In this document: positions 25,660 through 38,628 of the stretch, piece by piece
Layout of the letters: each line of letters starts with the position of its first letter
Position numbering within the stretch: position 1 is the stretch's first letter
NCBI GenBank assembly: GCA_010909165.1
Contig: MU008159.1
Location: forward strand, 992,001-1,056,000
Source of the DNA: Anthoceros angustus
Taxonomy: Eukaryota > Plantae > Anthocerotophyta
Direction of reading: 5' to 3'
Length of the DNA: 64,000 nucleotides
Notes under the pieces: model-generated
The model's input: only the letters and a program-made list of their open reading frames with translations
Databases searched by the model: none
What the model was told of the DNA's origin: nothing
Translations under genes and position numbers: made by a program

Positions 25660-28087
25660 GAAGCTTGAGACTTCGATGTCTGACTAATTTCAAAGAGCTT
25701 AAGAAGGATCTCGGGAAAGAAGGAGCTATACTTAGTTGTACTCAAGGACTAGAGGATGGTCTAGAAGAAGATTCCAGAGGTGAAAGACATCCCAAAAGTA
25801 CAAGCTATCTTGGATGAGTTCAAGGATTTGATGCGGATGAGTTGCCACCATTGCCGTCTCGCAGGAGTAGTAGATCATGAGATTGACTTGAAGCCGAGTA
25901 CGCCTCCTTCAAGAGCACCGTATAGATTGTCCGGATGAGTTGCAAGAACTCAAGCGACAACTATCAACACATTGGCAAAGGGATATGTCGAGTTTCTAAG
26001 TCTCCTTTTGTGCGCGCTGTATTGTTCAGCGCAAAAGAATGGAGGACTCGATTGTGTCCGGATTACGAGCTCGAATCGATTACAATCAAGAATGCATATC
26101 CTTTGCCTAGAATGGATGATATGTTCGACAGTTGAAGGGTGCCAAGTATTTCCTGCGATCGATGGCGGTACTATCGGATCGGGATTCGAGGGCATGAGTA
26201 CAAAGCGACTTGTAGGACCGGTGTATGGGCTTTTGAATTCTGGTCATGCCATTTGGACTTACTAATGCACCACATTTCAGACACTTATGAATAGTATATT
26301 CATAGATCTGGTGGACAAGTGTGTAGTAATCTATCTGGATGACATTTTGATCTTCAGCCATACCTTGGAGGAACATGCTGAACACTTAAGAGAAGTGTTA
26401 CAAAGGCTAAGAGAGAATTCTTTGTTCTTGGCAATCAAGAAGTGTGATTTTGTCAAGACAGAGATTCCATTCTTAGGTTTTATTGTCTTTGCCGAGAGCA
26501 TTAGGATGGATCATGATAAAGTTAAAGCCATTCAAGATTGACAGCCCCCTCGGAACATTCATGAGGTACAGAGCTTTATGGGTTTGGCTTCTGTGTACAG
26601 GAGGTCGGTACATATGTTTGCTAAGATAGCAGCCCCCATAACTGACCTCTTGAAAACATCAAAAGCTTGGAAGTGGGATCTTTGATTGTCAAGCGACCTT
26701 TGAATACTTGAAGAGAAGTTGAGTACTACTCGGTGTTGGGAATGTATGACCCCAAGAAAGATGTAGAAGTGTATTGTGATGCCTCGGACATGGCTATAGG
26801 TGGAGTTTTGATGGACCAAAAGCCGTTAGCTTTTGAGTCAAGGAAGTTGCATCCTTATGAGATGAAGTATCCCACCTATGAGAAGGAAAATGTCATCCCG
26901 TCTAAAGGCTTGGGCACTATCTCTTGGGTAGGTCTTTTGTCATCGATAATATCGACAACATACTTCTCCAACCAGTTGAAGTTGAATGCGAGACAAGCTA
27001 GATGGCGATTTCCTAGCTATGATGTGACTCAAATACAAACACGGAAAGGAGAATAAGGTTGCGGATGCGTTGAGTCGCAAAGCAGTCAAGGGCAAGGCAA
27101 TGGCAAGTGTGATTGAGCCTGTGGATACTCACAAAGAGATTAAGGAAGCTTATCGCAAGATCCGAAGTGCATTTGGATGAATGGGGTGGAGAAAGGAAGC
27201 AAGTTCAAACTCGAGATGGTTTGTTGATATACAAGCGAAGAGAGTTGTGATTCCTAACTGAGGCTTGAAGAAGAAGTTACTTCTTTGAATGTCATGATGT
27301 GCCAAGTCAGTCACTGGTGTGATTCAACTTATGAGAAGTTGAAGAAGGCATTTCTTGGAGGAATGTATCAGATACATTAGACTATGTCAAGGCATGTCTT
27401 TGTTTATCGGTAGGATAAGGTAGAAACAGCTAAACCAAGAGGTTTGTTACCCTACCTATTCCAAGAGGGCGAGGACATACTAAAGGATGTAGTATCCATG
27501 CTAAGCTGAAGTTTTCGATACTACCACGGAGATCCACGCCAATTTGTTGAGCGGTTGAAGGCTAGGCATGAGGTTGCCAAAAGATATTAGCCAAGGCTCA
27601 AAACACGTCGGAAGAGATATCTTGATAAGCACGGAGAGCATCTTCAATGTTGGGGATAAGGTTTGGGTGAAATTGAAGCATTTCCTGCGCCCCAAGGTTT
27701 GTCTCTAAAGTTGAGACCAAGTATGGAGGTCCTTATGTTGTCTGAGCGCATTGGAGAAGTCGCTTATAAGTTGGACTTACTGTTGGATTTTTGCACACAA
27801 TGTGTTTCATGTTTCAATCAAGCCATTTGTGCGAGCGAGAAAGAGGACATGGACGGGGAAGAAATGCAGTATCCTCGTGCGGCATTATCAAGGCGGAGAT
27901 TGAAGAATTCATGCGGAAGGTAGCGTGGCTACGAGGCGTGGAACTCTACCACAATACATGGTAAAGTTGCGTGGGATCTCAATACCAGTTTGGGTAACAT
28001 TAGAGGATATCCAGAAAGGCTCCTGGATGATTGCTCGTTACGCTGGTTATCACTGAGGGCAGTGATTCTTCCTAGTGGGGGAGGAAG
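25660..28087 (+). mobile_element. pol: Ty3/gypsy element A pol (RT, RNase H, integrase, GPY/F, chromodomain) and polypurine tract; chromovirus-type
   Basis: Motifs VDHEIDLKP...RAPYRL (25880), [43 protein letters not shown] (26320-26420), VEVYCDASDMAIGGVL, GGPY...IGEVAYKLDL (27720-27780) and chromodomain-like EIEE...QY.VK.RG...WVTLEDI (27895-28010). The PPT agtgggggaggaag is at 28074-28087. Confidence 0.9.
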
Positions 28088-28930
28088 TAACAAAGCTGGC
28101 TCGAGTGCTTTGCAAGAAAGCTCCATGCAGAGGCATGTTTAGAAGAGTAGCTTACTAAGAGCATGTTAAGCATGCAGCCCTAGGAAGTGTGGTAGTAAAT
28201 AATAGCTTAAAGCTTAAGTAAGTAGTTACTAAGATTGTAGCTAGGGCTTGAGTATAAAGGAGACCTCACAGGCTAAAAGGCAGTTCGATTCAACCTTGAG
28301 AGCACTTGTTGCTTGGGTTGCCTTGAGAGCACTTGATGCTTGGGCTATGCCTTGAGAGCACTTGTTGCTTGGGTTGCTTGAGAGCACTTGATGCTTGGGC
28401 TATGCCTTGAGAGCACTTGTTGCTTGGGTTGCGCCTTGAGCACTTGATGCTTGGGCTATGCCTTGAGAGCACTTGTTGCTTAGGTTGCGCCTTGAGAGCA
28501 CTTGATGCTTGGGCTATGAGAGCACTTGTTGCCAGGTTGCGCCTTGAGCACTTGATGCTTGGGCTATGCCTTGAGAGCACTTGTTGCTTGGGTTGGCCTT
28601 GAGAGCACTTGATGCTTGGGCTATGCCTTGAGAGCACTTGTTGCTTGGGCTGTAAGCACGGAGGGGAGTCTTTGTGAAGGAGCTTTGTGGGGAGGTCAGT
28701 GAAGAGGCTAAGCTCCTAAGCTTAGGCAAAGATGGGGAGTTCTCTCTAGCCCTCATTCTGTATGTTCTTGTTGACTCATGATTTAAGAATAAAAGGCGGC
28801 AAGGTCTTTGTCTAGTCCTCCTAGAAGAGGAGGCGGGCTACTTGGAGGCCTAGTCTTTGTCTGTGTTGATTTATTACCTAGTTTGCTTCTAGCTGCGTGG
28901 TTTTCCCCACCCGTTGAGGGTGTTACTACA
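28088..28930 (+). mobile_element. 3' LTR of gypsy A
   Basis: Begins directly after the PPT, contains a TATA-like gagtataaagg (~28250) and aataaa (28788), and ends ...gttactaca. No matching 5' LTR is in the window. Confidence 0.6.
28294..28652 (+). repeat. LTR-internal minisatellite of 13 monomers (23-29 bp) in strict A/B alternation
   Basis: A = ccttgagagcacttgttgcttgggttg(cg) and B = ccttgagagcacttgatgcttgggctatg, arranged ABABABABABABA. Confidence 0.9.
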
Positions 28931-29130
28931 TCAGTTTTGGGCCGGTGAGGCGAGCCTACACGTGGAGCTTATTACTTTTTTTATTAGAATCTTCTTCATA
29001 ATTTCATTGTGTTTGTTGACCATAACACGCTATTCTATGCATTTGTTTTGTCTTTCGTACCACTATTTCCTTCTTAAAAGGAGCATTCATTCTGTCATAT
29101 ATCTTGCTTTCCTCCTCTTTCAGGTTCTTG

Positions 29131-29234
29131 TAGAAAATTAAATATTGTAGTAAATCCATGGCACTTTCTCCTTATGCTCTCGAATAGAAAATTAAAGATT
29201 GTAGTAAATCCATGGCACTTTCTCCTTATGCTCT
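29131..29234 (+). repeat. 54-bp tandem duplication (x2) spanning the start codon; creates uORF MALSPYALE* at 29158-29187
   Basis: Unit tagaaaattaaatattgtagtaaatccATGgcactttctccttatgctctcgaa, with ATGs at 29158 and 29212. Confidence 0.9.
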
Positions 29235-29679
29235 CCAATTTCATCGTTTCTTCACCTTGTTGTTGTTAGTACATTGTATGGGAAGTGATATTGCAGGGGC
29301 AAGATGGGAAACAAATCCTTCAATAGGCCAGACCTATTTAGCACATGAATGCAGTGGAGGACTCGCTCAATTTGAAAAATTAGGTAAACTGCAACGATAT
29401 ACAAAAATGCTAGGCATGCAGGCAATTAATTTGTATCCACAGACGCGATGGTAAGTACAACGAATTCTTTGGCGCGCCCGATTGTTTTGGGTTATTATAA
29501 GAAGCAAGATGGAGTGACAATGATTGTTGACGAATTCTTTGGCGCGCCCGATTGTTTGGGTTATTATAAGAAGCAAGATGGAGTGACAATGATTGTTGCA
29601 CAAGTTGGTATGCTTTATGTTTGGCATATATCGCATTAAACTTCATTCACAATCTGAGAATATCTTAGCGGCGAAATAG
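29212..29679 (+). CDS. Small putatively secreted Cys-containing protein, type a (copy 1); frameshifted as assembled
   Basis: N-terminus MALSPYALQFHRFFTLLLLVHCMGSDIAG looks like a signal peptide. It continues NPSIGQTYLAHECSGG...RYTKMLGMQAINLYP...EFFGAPDCLGYYKK...ALCLAYIRIKLHSQ, homologous to the type b genes. A splice-acceptor-like ctctttcag lies at 29115-29123. Confidence 0.55.
29461..29599 (+). repeat. 69-bp in-frame coding repeat x2 (EFFGAPDCLGYYKKQDGVTMIVD)
   Basis: Units start at 29461 and 29531; the first unit has one extra t. Confidence 0.85.
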
Positions 29680-31641
29680 TCGATCGTCGTCACGATAAGT
29701 ACAATAATATGATAGGAAAATATGCTTCTACCGAGTGTCGTTTAACTTATCAATATTTTCCCTTCAAAGACAACATGATGACACCTTCTCAACCATGGCG
29801 GAAAATGGTATATATCCATGAGTATAAACAATGAACATATTTTTCTTTGAAACCAAGACAAAAGTTATGGATCTAGAATTACTAATATGGTATTTAGCAA
29901 TCCATATTGATTTATGTGATGTTTCCTAACAAAGTAGCATTGTCGTTCAAGTTCGAGGTAAGATTTTTTGGTCCTAGGGTCGGGCGCTAGTAGCTTGAAA
30001 TGCACAAGGCCGTTCGCTTAGCACCTAGTTGTCGATAGACAAACCATCGCCTTCAACAACACCAGCAAAAAGAGCTCGTCTTCTCTTTTGTTGGATTATT
30101 CGAGGCCCATATGTTTTGATTCATACATTCAAGCATTCGTTCTTCTTCATTTTGGGGCATTCATTTATTCAACCAATTAATTTCTTTTCATAATCTCTTT
30201 AGGGGACACTGAAAATATCTCTTGAAGAAAGTCATATTTATTATAAATTTGTCAAGCGGAGAAGTGGGGTCTATAGAATTGGACTCAATTTGGTGTTGTG
30301 AAAATAAAGGATGAGAAAAACTAGCATTTTCTTTCCATGCTCTAGAAAAGTTCAGATTCATGAAATCTCAAGATGAACCAACCTTTTCCACCTATAGCAC
30401 TTGACTAAATAACATATTTGGTGTAAGGTGTGGGAAATGTTGCACAAAAGCACCTCTTGCAAACAAGGGGTCGATAAATGTTCAAAGAATGTGGTTGAGG
30501 TACCTTTTAAGCATATAAAACCCTTTTTGGCGACTTAGGCAATTTATAATAATCGGAAAAAAAGGGTACAAAGAGAGGATTTGGTCCCTCTGAAAAAGCA
30601 TCTAACTTAGTCTACCGTACTAAGTTTGAGAGGCGAGTGTGAAGACACATGGTGTCATCACCGAAAGCAAACCAACTTGAGGAAAATCTACCTTTACGCC
30701 TCGCTAGGCGTTAGTTCATCAAAGAGGAAGCAAGCGGGATACAACTGCGCCACGGGTTGGACATGATCCGCATACCACACGACTGACACGGCTGGTTATG
30801 GGCGTGACCGCTAGTCTTGCATGCGAGGCAGAGAACATAGTTGGAAAGCATGGTGGTGGTTGCACAAGGCAACCAAGAGCTGTGCATGTCATTTGTGTTC
30901 ACGCCGCCAAAATCGCATATCCTTAAAATGCTCCAAAATGCTCCACGGCCCTCCCGAATGGAATAGTTGCGATCCGATGGATAGGAAGACTTGCAGCTAG
31001 CGAGAGGAGGGGTTCTAGGATGAGAAAGGAGAGAGGGAAAGAAAAGGTATAGTTGGGGTGAACAATCTGACAATCGGAATTGGAAACGTTGCATATATTT
31101 TGCTCACACCTCTTGGGGTGGAGGCCGAGGCCGTACCCTATGTAATTAGTGTATCGTTAGCTGGTTCTTGGACCACTATGGGAGGGGAGGGCGCATGACT
31201 TTTGTTCAGAAAGTAGAGATGCGAGTTGATGTGAAGATCTTGACGCGATTTGGTGTGTGTGTAGAACAAGCAGCAGCAGAACCTGCTTCCTAAAGGGCAA
31301 AGGCTCTTCCATATATGGGCAAAGACCTCATGTCAACTGGGAAGAGCCGCTTGTGATCATTAAGTAGCAAGCAATAGAAACATAGTGTAATATTTATTAT
31401 TCCTTGTAGAAAATATCCTCTTTATAATGTTTACCATTTTGTTGTTGGAATCTCTATTGAGAATCCAATCTAATTTTGTTTTCTTGGTAGGATTGGTTGT
31501 TTCTTCCAACATCTTGCTTCGCACTATATAATTTTTATATCTTTTGTACCCTTTTTTTTTATCTTGAGCACTTTGTGCCTTTGTTATCTTTAAATGTTGG
31601 TCCTCGTGTAGAATGGAAAACTAAATGTTGGTATAGGTCCA

Positions 31642-32030
31642 ATGGGGTATTTTTTCAGCTTCAATTCTTGGCGTTCTTGTGCATCTTGAGTCTTGTCACA
31701 GGCAAAGATGGGAAGTTTACAAATCCTAGAGTTGACGGACCTATTTAAGACACCAATGCAGAGAACTTGTTAAAGCCCAAGATTTAAATTCACGGCAAGG
31801 GTACACGAAAGTGCTAGGTTCGCAGGCTATCATATATACCACAGAGTGCAGCGTTTAGTACAAGCGATTTTTGGATAGGTTAATTGTCTTGGTTATCAGA
31901 AGTATGGTAATGTGGGTATTGCTCCAAGAGTTGATTGTGCCTTGTGTATTGCATACATACGTATCAAACTTCATACACAATATTGTGGGAAGTTTTTAGC
32001 AAGCGTCTGGGTTGTTGATCGGTCCCTAAA
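31642..32030 (+). pseudogene. Small secreted Cys-containing protein, type b (copy 1); in-frame TAG at 31876-31878 plus frameshifts
   Basis: Reads FFQLQFLAFLCILSLVTG-KDGKFTNPRV...FG*VNCLG...KYGNVGIAPRVDCALCIAYIRIKLHTQYCGKF. Confidence 0.55.
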
Positions 32031-34151
32031 AACTACAATCGCGATAAGAAAATATGCTAGTTGATCGGTCCCTAAAACTACAATCATACGATAAGAAAAT
32101 ATGCTTCTACTGAGTGTCTTATGTCTTATCGTTATTTTCCCATGAGCGATAATACAGATAATGTGCCTCCACCATGGCGAGAAGTGGATATATATCCTTG
32201 ATGAGTGTAACAAAAATTAAAGTATTTTATAACAAAAGAATCAAATTCTTTTCTAAAAAAGGAAGATAAATCCTATTTAGTGTGGCATTTGAAACTACGT
32301 AACAATCGACAAAGTTTTGTATTTATAATTCAAGCAAATTAGGGTTGTAGCAAATTAGCATTCTAGCTCATGTTATTAATGCATAATGGATTGCAATTGC
32401 AATGTCAACTTCCTATCAAAGGCGGTTCCAAAGGTGACTCTAAGATACACCGCCTCCATGATTCTTAAGTCGCTTTTAATGAGGTGGTTGAAGCTCCTTC
32501 AAAGTACACATCCGAAGGACTCTATTTCTTAGTATCCAATGTACAATAAAACCAATATGTTTCCTTTGACAATTACCACAATAGTTGAAAATGCTTTGAA
32601 AGAAGCCATTATAATTTCTAAAATATGAAATAAATACACATTTCAAGTTGCCCAGTGGGGCGGAGGGAGCATGAACAAACGCACCACACGCTAGTAGGCA
32701 TGGAAAGGTACTAAACACTTTTGAATTTTCTTTTCAAAGTATTTTACTTACATTGAACTTCCGTTATAAGAAACAAGCATATATGAAGACACTATGGTTT
32801 AGTGCATTATTAATTGATTACGATGGTCTACTAAAAATCTGAACTAGACCAAATGCTACCTTCATATTAGGTGTGCATAAGCACATTTTTAAAACAAGTT
32901 GCTCACCCACCAAGTCCCAAAACCTTCACGGTTGCCTTTTAAGATTTCAATGGACTAGAACTTAGTACCCTAAGGCCAATTCCTCCATAAGTTTCACGAT
33001 GCATTAATTTTGTTACGAAATCTTAAAATAATTAGGTCTCTACGGTGAGCGTGGCGAACACAAGGCACGGTGGGCGGGCTCCAAGTGGGCTGATGGTTGG
33101 GCGGGGTCTTGGCCGGGTGGGGTGTGGTCGGCGGACTGCGACCTAGGGCATCGAGGCAATCTTCGAGACTAAATAGTGAATAGCTGTTGGGTAAGTTTAC
33201 ATACATATCATGTTAGTTGTAAAAATGCACCTATATTCAAATTTAGATATAAATAATTTGAAAAATAATTTTTAAAAATGAAAATTATTTTTCTAGAAAA
33301 TTCCGTCCCTCAAAATTAACAAAGCGTTTAGAAACCTTACAACCCGTATCCAACGTTGCATTTCCAACTAAGAGGAGTAGGATGCTTTTAATATTTTTAA
33401 AATCTAATGATTTCAAGTGATTACTAGTGAGCACTAAGAAGAGGTGCAAGGTGCAAGGCGGGCTGGGAGGAGGCGAGCTGGAAGGGGAGGGAGGCGTGAG
33501 CTTGGAGGGATGCGGGTTTTCTTTTTAGCATTCAAGTTTATTTCACTAGGGCAAATTGCCTTATACCATTACAACAACCCTACCGGGGAACCCTAAGCAT
33601 GCGAGAGCTCCCTAGACTCAAGTCTAATCCCCTTCAACCCAAACAAATTTGACCCACCATGGACACTAGTCGAGGGCGAGCCATCACCTCGTTGATGACA
33701 AAAATTTCGAGGGGGGGGTGAGTTTGAATCCATTCATTCAGTTCATTCAAGATTCTTTTGGGGATTTCTCCATTCAAAACACGATCACGGGATGCAATGG
33801 ACCTAAAATGGAGAATTTCAATAGTGTTAATAAAATACCCTTCACCTAAAAAGATTTATTCAATTTTAATGATTAAAAATATTTTCCAAGTAGCCTAATT
33901 GGGACCAGGCAATGCAAAAGGCCCCATGAGCATGAACACACAATGCCCCGATTGTGACGAGACTCTTTTGAGATTTTTCCTTGAGTAATTAAATTTAATA
34001 TAAAATTGTGTTTTTGAAGGTTGACTATGGTCTAGAGCAAAACTAATTGATTTTGATGTGCAAAACTAGGATTTTGAACTAGACCAAATGTGAGCTATAA
34101 TTGAATGCACCAAACAGTCCACAATGATGATGATATACAATATATTTTCAG

Positions 34152-34360
34152 TTCATACAATAACATAGCCTAGTGATAGGGCCTAGGCCTCCCTCTATTT
34201 TCTTCATACAATAACATAGCCTAGTGGTAAAGGCCTAGGCCTCCCAATCTATTTTTAGTTCATACAATAACATAGCCTAGTGGTAAGGGCCTAGGCCTCC
34301 CAATCTATTTTCGGTTCATACAATAACATAGCCTAGTGGTAAGGGCCTAGGCCTCCCAAT
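34152..34360 (+). repeat. ~56-bp tandem repeat x4 carrying a tRNA A-box-like motif
   Basis: Units start at 34152, 34203, 34259 and 34315, consensus ttcatacaataacatagcctagtggtaagggcctaggcctcccaatctatttt. Confidence 0.9.
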
Positions 34361-34669
34361 CGGGAGGGCTCAGGCCCCGCAATTTGTCGGCACTACCGTA
34401 CGCTCGATATTGGTTCGGCACTTGCTTGCCAAACCCCTTAATTTATTTTGGAAAAACGTGGTGTGGCAGGCCGATTGCAGTAGATAAATTAGGCGTTTTC
34501 ACCAATTTTCCAAGGAATCCTGAGTTTTTAATTTTGGCATCAAAAAGTATTAATTAATTAACGCCGAACCGATATCAGGCTTACGGTAGTCTGGAGGCAG
34601 AGAGGTATGCTCTCACAACTTTGGCGACTTAAACGCATTTGGGCCAAGTGAGGCTACTGGCGAATTGTC

Positions 34670-35500
34670 GTCGATAATCGCGTCTTGATAAGTACAATAC
34701 TATGATAGGAAAATATGCTTCTCGAGTGTCGCCTAACTTATCACTATTTTCCTTCAAAGACAATAGTGACACACCTTCCCTCAACCATGGCGAAAATGGT
34801 ATATATCCATCGATTGTAACAATGAACATATTTTTCTTTAAGAAACCGAAGGCAAAAGTTATGGATTTAGAATTACGAATATCGATATTTAGCAATCCAT
34901 ATTGACTTGTGTGATGTTTCCTAACAAAGTAGCATTGTAGTTGAAGTTATTGAGGTAAGATTTCGGTCCTAGTAGTCGGGCAACTCGACCTTGAAATGCA
35001 CAAGGCCGTTCCGCTTAATACCTAGGTATCGATAGACAGACCATCGCCTTCAAGCAACAACACCGGCAAAAAGGAGCTCGTCTTCTCTTTTTGCTCGATT
35101 GTTCGAAGACCTATGTTTTGATTCATACATTCAAGCATTCATTCTTCTTCATTTTGGGGCATTCATATATTCAACCAATTAATTTCTTTTTCACAATCTC
35201 TTTAAGGGACACTCGTGAAAATATCTCTTGAAGAAAGTCATATTTATTATAAATTTTTGAAGCAAAGAAGTGGGGTCTGTATAGAATTGGACTCAATTTG
35301 GTGTTGTGAAAATAAAGGACGAGAAAAACTAGCATTTTCTTTCCTGTGCTCGAAAAGTTCAATTCATGAAATCTCAAGATGTACCAACCTCTTCTACATA
35401 TAGCATTTGACTAAATAACATATTTGGTGTAAGGTGTGGGCACAAAAGCACCTCCACCCAACAAGGGGTCGATGATTGTTTAAAGAATGTGGTTGGGATA
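34670..35500 (+). repeat. Diverged paralogue of the type a gene 3' flank (29680-30500 and 61590-62420)
   Basis: Collinear, with substitutions as well as indels, e.g. gataagtacaata...ggaaaatatgcttc...ggggcattcat...gaaaaactagcattttc. Confidence 0.8.
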
Positions 35501-35683
35501 CCTTTAATATAAAATGTTGCATATATTTTTAAATTCTATACATGTAGGAGCTAATTTGAGGTTGGCAAGGAATAGGGAGTTAGGCGTTGGGATACCTTTT
35601 AAGCATATAAAATGTTGCATATATTTTTAAATTCTATACACGTAGGAGCTAATTTGAGGTTGGCAAGGAATAGGGAGTTAGGC
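35492..35683 (+). repeat. ~95-bp tandem duplication
   Basis: gttgggatacc...tgttgcatatatttttaaattctatac...ggaatagggagttaggc occurs twice. Confidence 0.85.
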
Positions 35684-35699
35684 GGGATTACGGATTGAT

Positions 35700-36932
35700 A
35701 CTACGATATCTAGAAGATGACGCCATTCCTCCTCCTCGGCGAGAACCACCGTTAGTGTTGGACAAGCTACGTTCTCGCTGGTGGGGGCGTTGGTAAGTAG
35801 TTGTTTGTTTTCTAGGCCAAGATGGTCTAAACAATTTTGTGGGAAACCGGGGCTAGGCCTCCAAGTTTCGAGGCGCGGGTCCAGTGCACGCCTCTCTTAG
35901 GCAAACCCAGGTCTCTTTTGTAGCCTTGCCCTTGGCCATAGGCCAAGGACAAATTAACTAGGATTGTTGCTCTGGGCCGAAGGCCAAGGAGATCATGACG
36001 GTGAGCTTAGTGACCTAGCTTTGTAGGCAGGCTAGGTAGGCATGCGACTATCTCACGGCTGCTGTGACAAGTCATCATCTTTGTTCTTTGTATGGGAAGC
36101 AGGCACCTAAGACTCTATGGATCTTGACTAGAGCATCACAGGCATAAGCCACGAATCTTGAAATGACTAGATCTTGTTGGAGCATCTCGGGCATAAGCCA
36201 CGATCTTTGAAGTGTGATGATGTCATGTACATGGCCCATGGATGGCTGCACATGACATGTATGCCATGTATGCATGTGTGCCATGTATGCATACGTATGG
36301 AGATGAAGGATGACATGTGATGTATGTGGACATGTGGCGGTGATGTGTCATGGCGCAATCTATATGCATGGATTATGCATGTAGGCGGTGCTATGCGCAT
36401 ATATAGATAAGATTTATATTAGAAAATACATAAAATCATAAATCAAGGAAAAGGGCGAATAGGCTGTTAAACATATAAAATATTATTATTTGAAGGCCAA
36501 GGAAAGTAGGATTATAAAGTGCCCACCATCGATACGGGTGGACACTTCATCGAGAACTCACAGGGGTTTTGCCTATATATGTAGGCACTTGACCATGGAT
36601 TCTCGGATTGTTGATGTTTGTCTTGTTCTAATACGCCATACGCCGTCCTGTGTCTTTGTCTCCTAGAGGTTCTTGTGGTTCGTTGCATTGTCGGGTTGGG
36701 AGAATTTTCCAGCTTGATTTCACTGTTCATGGTCCGGTGCCTCTCTTAGGCAAACCCGGTCTCTTTAGTAGCCTTGCCCTTGGCCATAGGCCAAGGACAA
36801 ATTAAGGCTAGGATTGTTGCGCTGGGCAAGGCCAAGGAGAGATCGCGGCGGAAGCTTAGTGACCTAGCCTTGTAGGCAGGCTAGGTAGGCATGCGACTAT
36901 GCGGGCTGCGCGACACCCGTTCGGGGATTACA
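35700..36932 (-). mobile_element. LTR-like relic with an internal ~180-bp direct repeat (35890-36069 and 36739-36915)
   Basis: The minus strand begins TGTAATCCCCG at 36932, a typical LTR start. The block gcctctcttaggcaaaccc...gcatgcgactat is repeated. The far boundary is unresolved. Confidence 0.45.
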
Positions 36933-37404
36933 ATCGACAAGCGGATTACAATCGACAGCGTGACAGAACCCAATCAATCGACAAGCGGCAGTAACCCAAT
37001 CGACAAGCATCGAGAACCCAATCGACAAGCGGCGTGAACCTCCTTCGACAAGCGGTAACCTCCTTCCTAAAGGACAAAGGCTCCTCCATATATGTACATG
37101 CAAAGACCGATGTTGGGAAGAGCCGCTAGTGATCATTAAGTAGCGATAGAAATATAGTGTAATATTTATTATTCCTTGAGAAAAACCGGTGATCCTCTTT
37201 ATATTGTTTACCGTTTTGTTGTTGGATTGTCTATTGAGAATCCAATCTAATTTATTTTCTTGGTAGGATTGGTTGTTTTTCCAACATCTTGCTTCATACT
37301 TTATAACTTTTATATCTCTTGCACTGTTTTTATATCTTGAGCACTTTGTGCCTTTGTTATCTTCATAAATGTTGGTCCAGAAACTAAATGTTGGTATAGA
37401 TCCA

Positions 37405-37770
37405 ATGGGGAATGCTTTTCACTTCTATTCCTCGGCGTTATGCCAAGTCATATCACAGGCAAAGATGGGAAGTAAATCCTAGAGTTGACGGACCTATTTA
37501 AGACACCAATGCGGCGGAGAACTTGTTAAGTCCAGATTTAAATTCACCAGCGGTACAGTGCTAGGTTGCAGCTATCAAGATATACCACTGAGCGTGCAAC
37601 ATTTAGTACAAGCAACTTTTTGGACATGATTATCAGGTTATTACAAGAAGTATGGTAATGTGGGTATTGCTCCGGAGTTGATTGTGCCTTGTGTGTTGCA
37701 TACATACGTATCAAACTTCATACACAATATTGTGGGAATTTTTTAGCATCGGGGTTTATGACTCTAAAAC
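37405..37770 (+). CDS. Small secreted Cys-containing protein, type b (diverged paralogue), frameshifted as assembled
   Basis: Reads MGNAF...ITGKDGK...TYLRHQCG...ATFSTSNFFGH...YYKKYGNVGIAP.VDCALCVAYIRIKLHTQYCG. It has CAT (37625) where the other type b copies have TAG. Confidence 0.5.
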
Positions 37771-38628
37771 TACAATAATGCGATAGGAAAATATGCTTCT
37801 CGAGTGTCTTATGTCTTATCGTTATTTTCCGAGCGATAATACAGATAACATTCACCATGGCAGTGGGCATATATCCTGATGAGCGTAACAAAGAATTAAA
37901 GTCTTTCCTAACAAAGGAAGATAAATCCTATTTAGTGTGGCATTTGAAACTACGTAACAATCGACAAAGTTTTGTATTTATAATTCAAGCAAATTACCGT
38001 TATCGAAAATTAGTATTCTAGATCATGTTATTAATGCAGCACAAAGTCAACTTCTTATCAAAGGCGGTTCCAAAGTGACTCTAAGATACACCACTACCAT
38101 GATTTTAAGTCGCTTTTAACGAGGTGGTTCAGAAGCTCCCTTCAAAGTACACATCCATGAAGGACTCTATTTCCTGGTATCCAATGTGTACACAATAAAA
38201 CCAGTATGTTTCCTTACATGACAATCACCACTAGAGTTGAAAATGCTTTGAAAGAAGCCATTAGAATTTCTGAAATATGAAATAAATCATTAGAATTTCT
38301 AAAATATGAAATAGATTCACATTTCAAGTTGCCCCATAGCTGGGACCAAAGGGAGCATGAACAAACGCACCACACCTACTACTAGCCATGGAAAGGTACC
38401 AAACACTTGTAAATTTTCTTTTCAAAGTATTTTACTTACATTGAATTTCCGTTATTTATAAGAAACAAGCATATATGAAGACGCTGGTTTAGTGCATTAT
38501 AAATTGATCCGATGTTCAACTAAAATCTGAACAAGACCAAATGCTAGCTTCATATTAGGTGTGCACATTTTAAAACAAGTTGCTCACCCACGAAGTCCCA
38601 AAACCTTTCTGTGATTGCCTTTTAAGAT

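Noticed and set aside
28294-28652. CRISPR-like array of ~28-bp repeats
   Set aside because: There are no unique spacers and no cas genes, the monomers abut directly, and the array lies in a plant LTR.
34152-34360. Palindromic repeats as a CRISPR array or tRNA gene cluster
   Set aside because: The units are wholly repeated with no spacers, and there is no B-box or cloverleaf.
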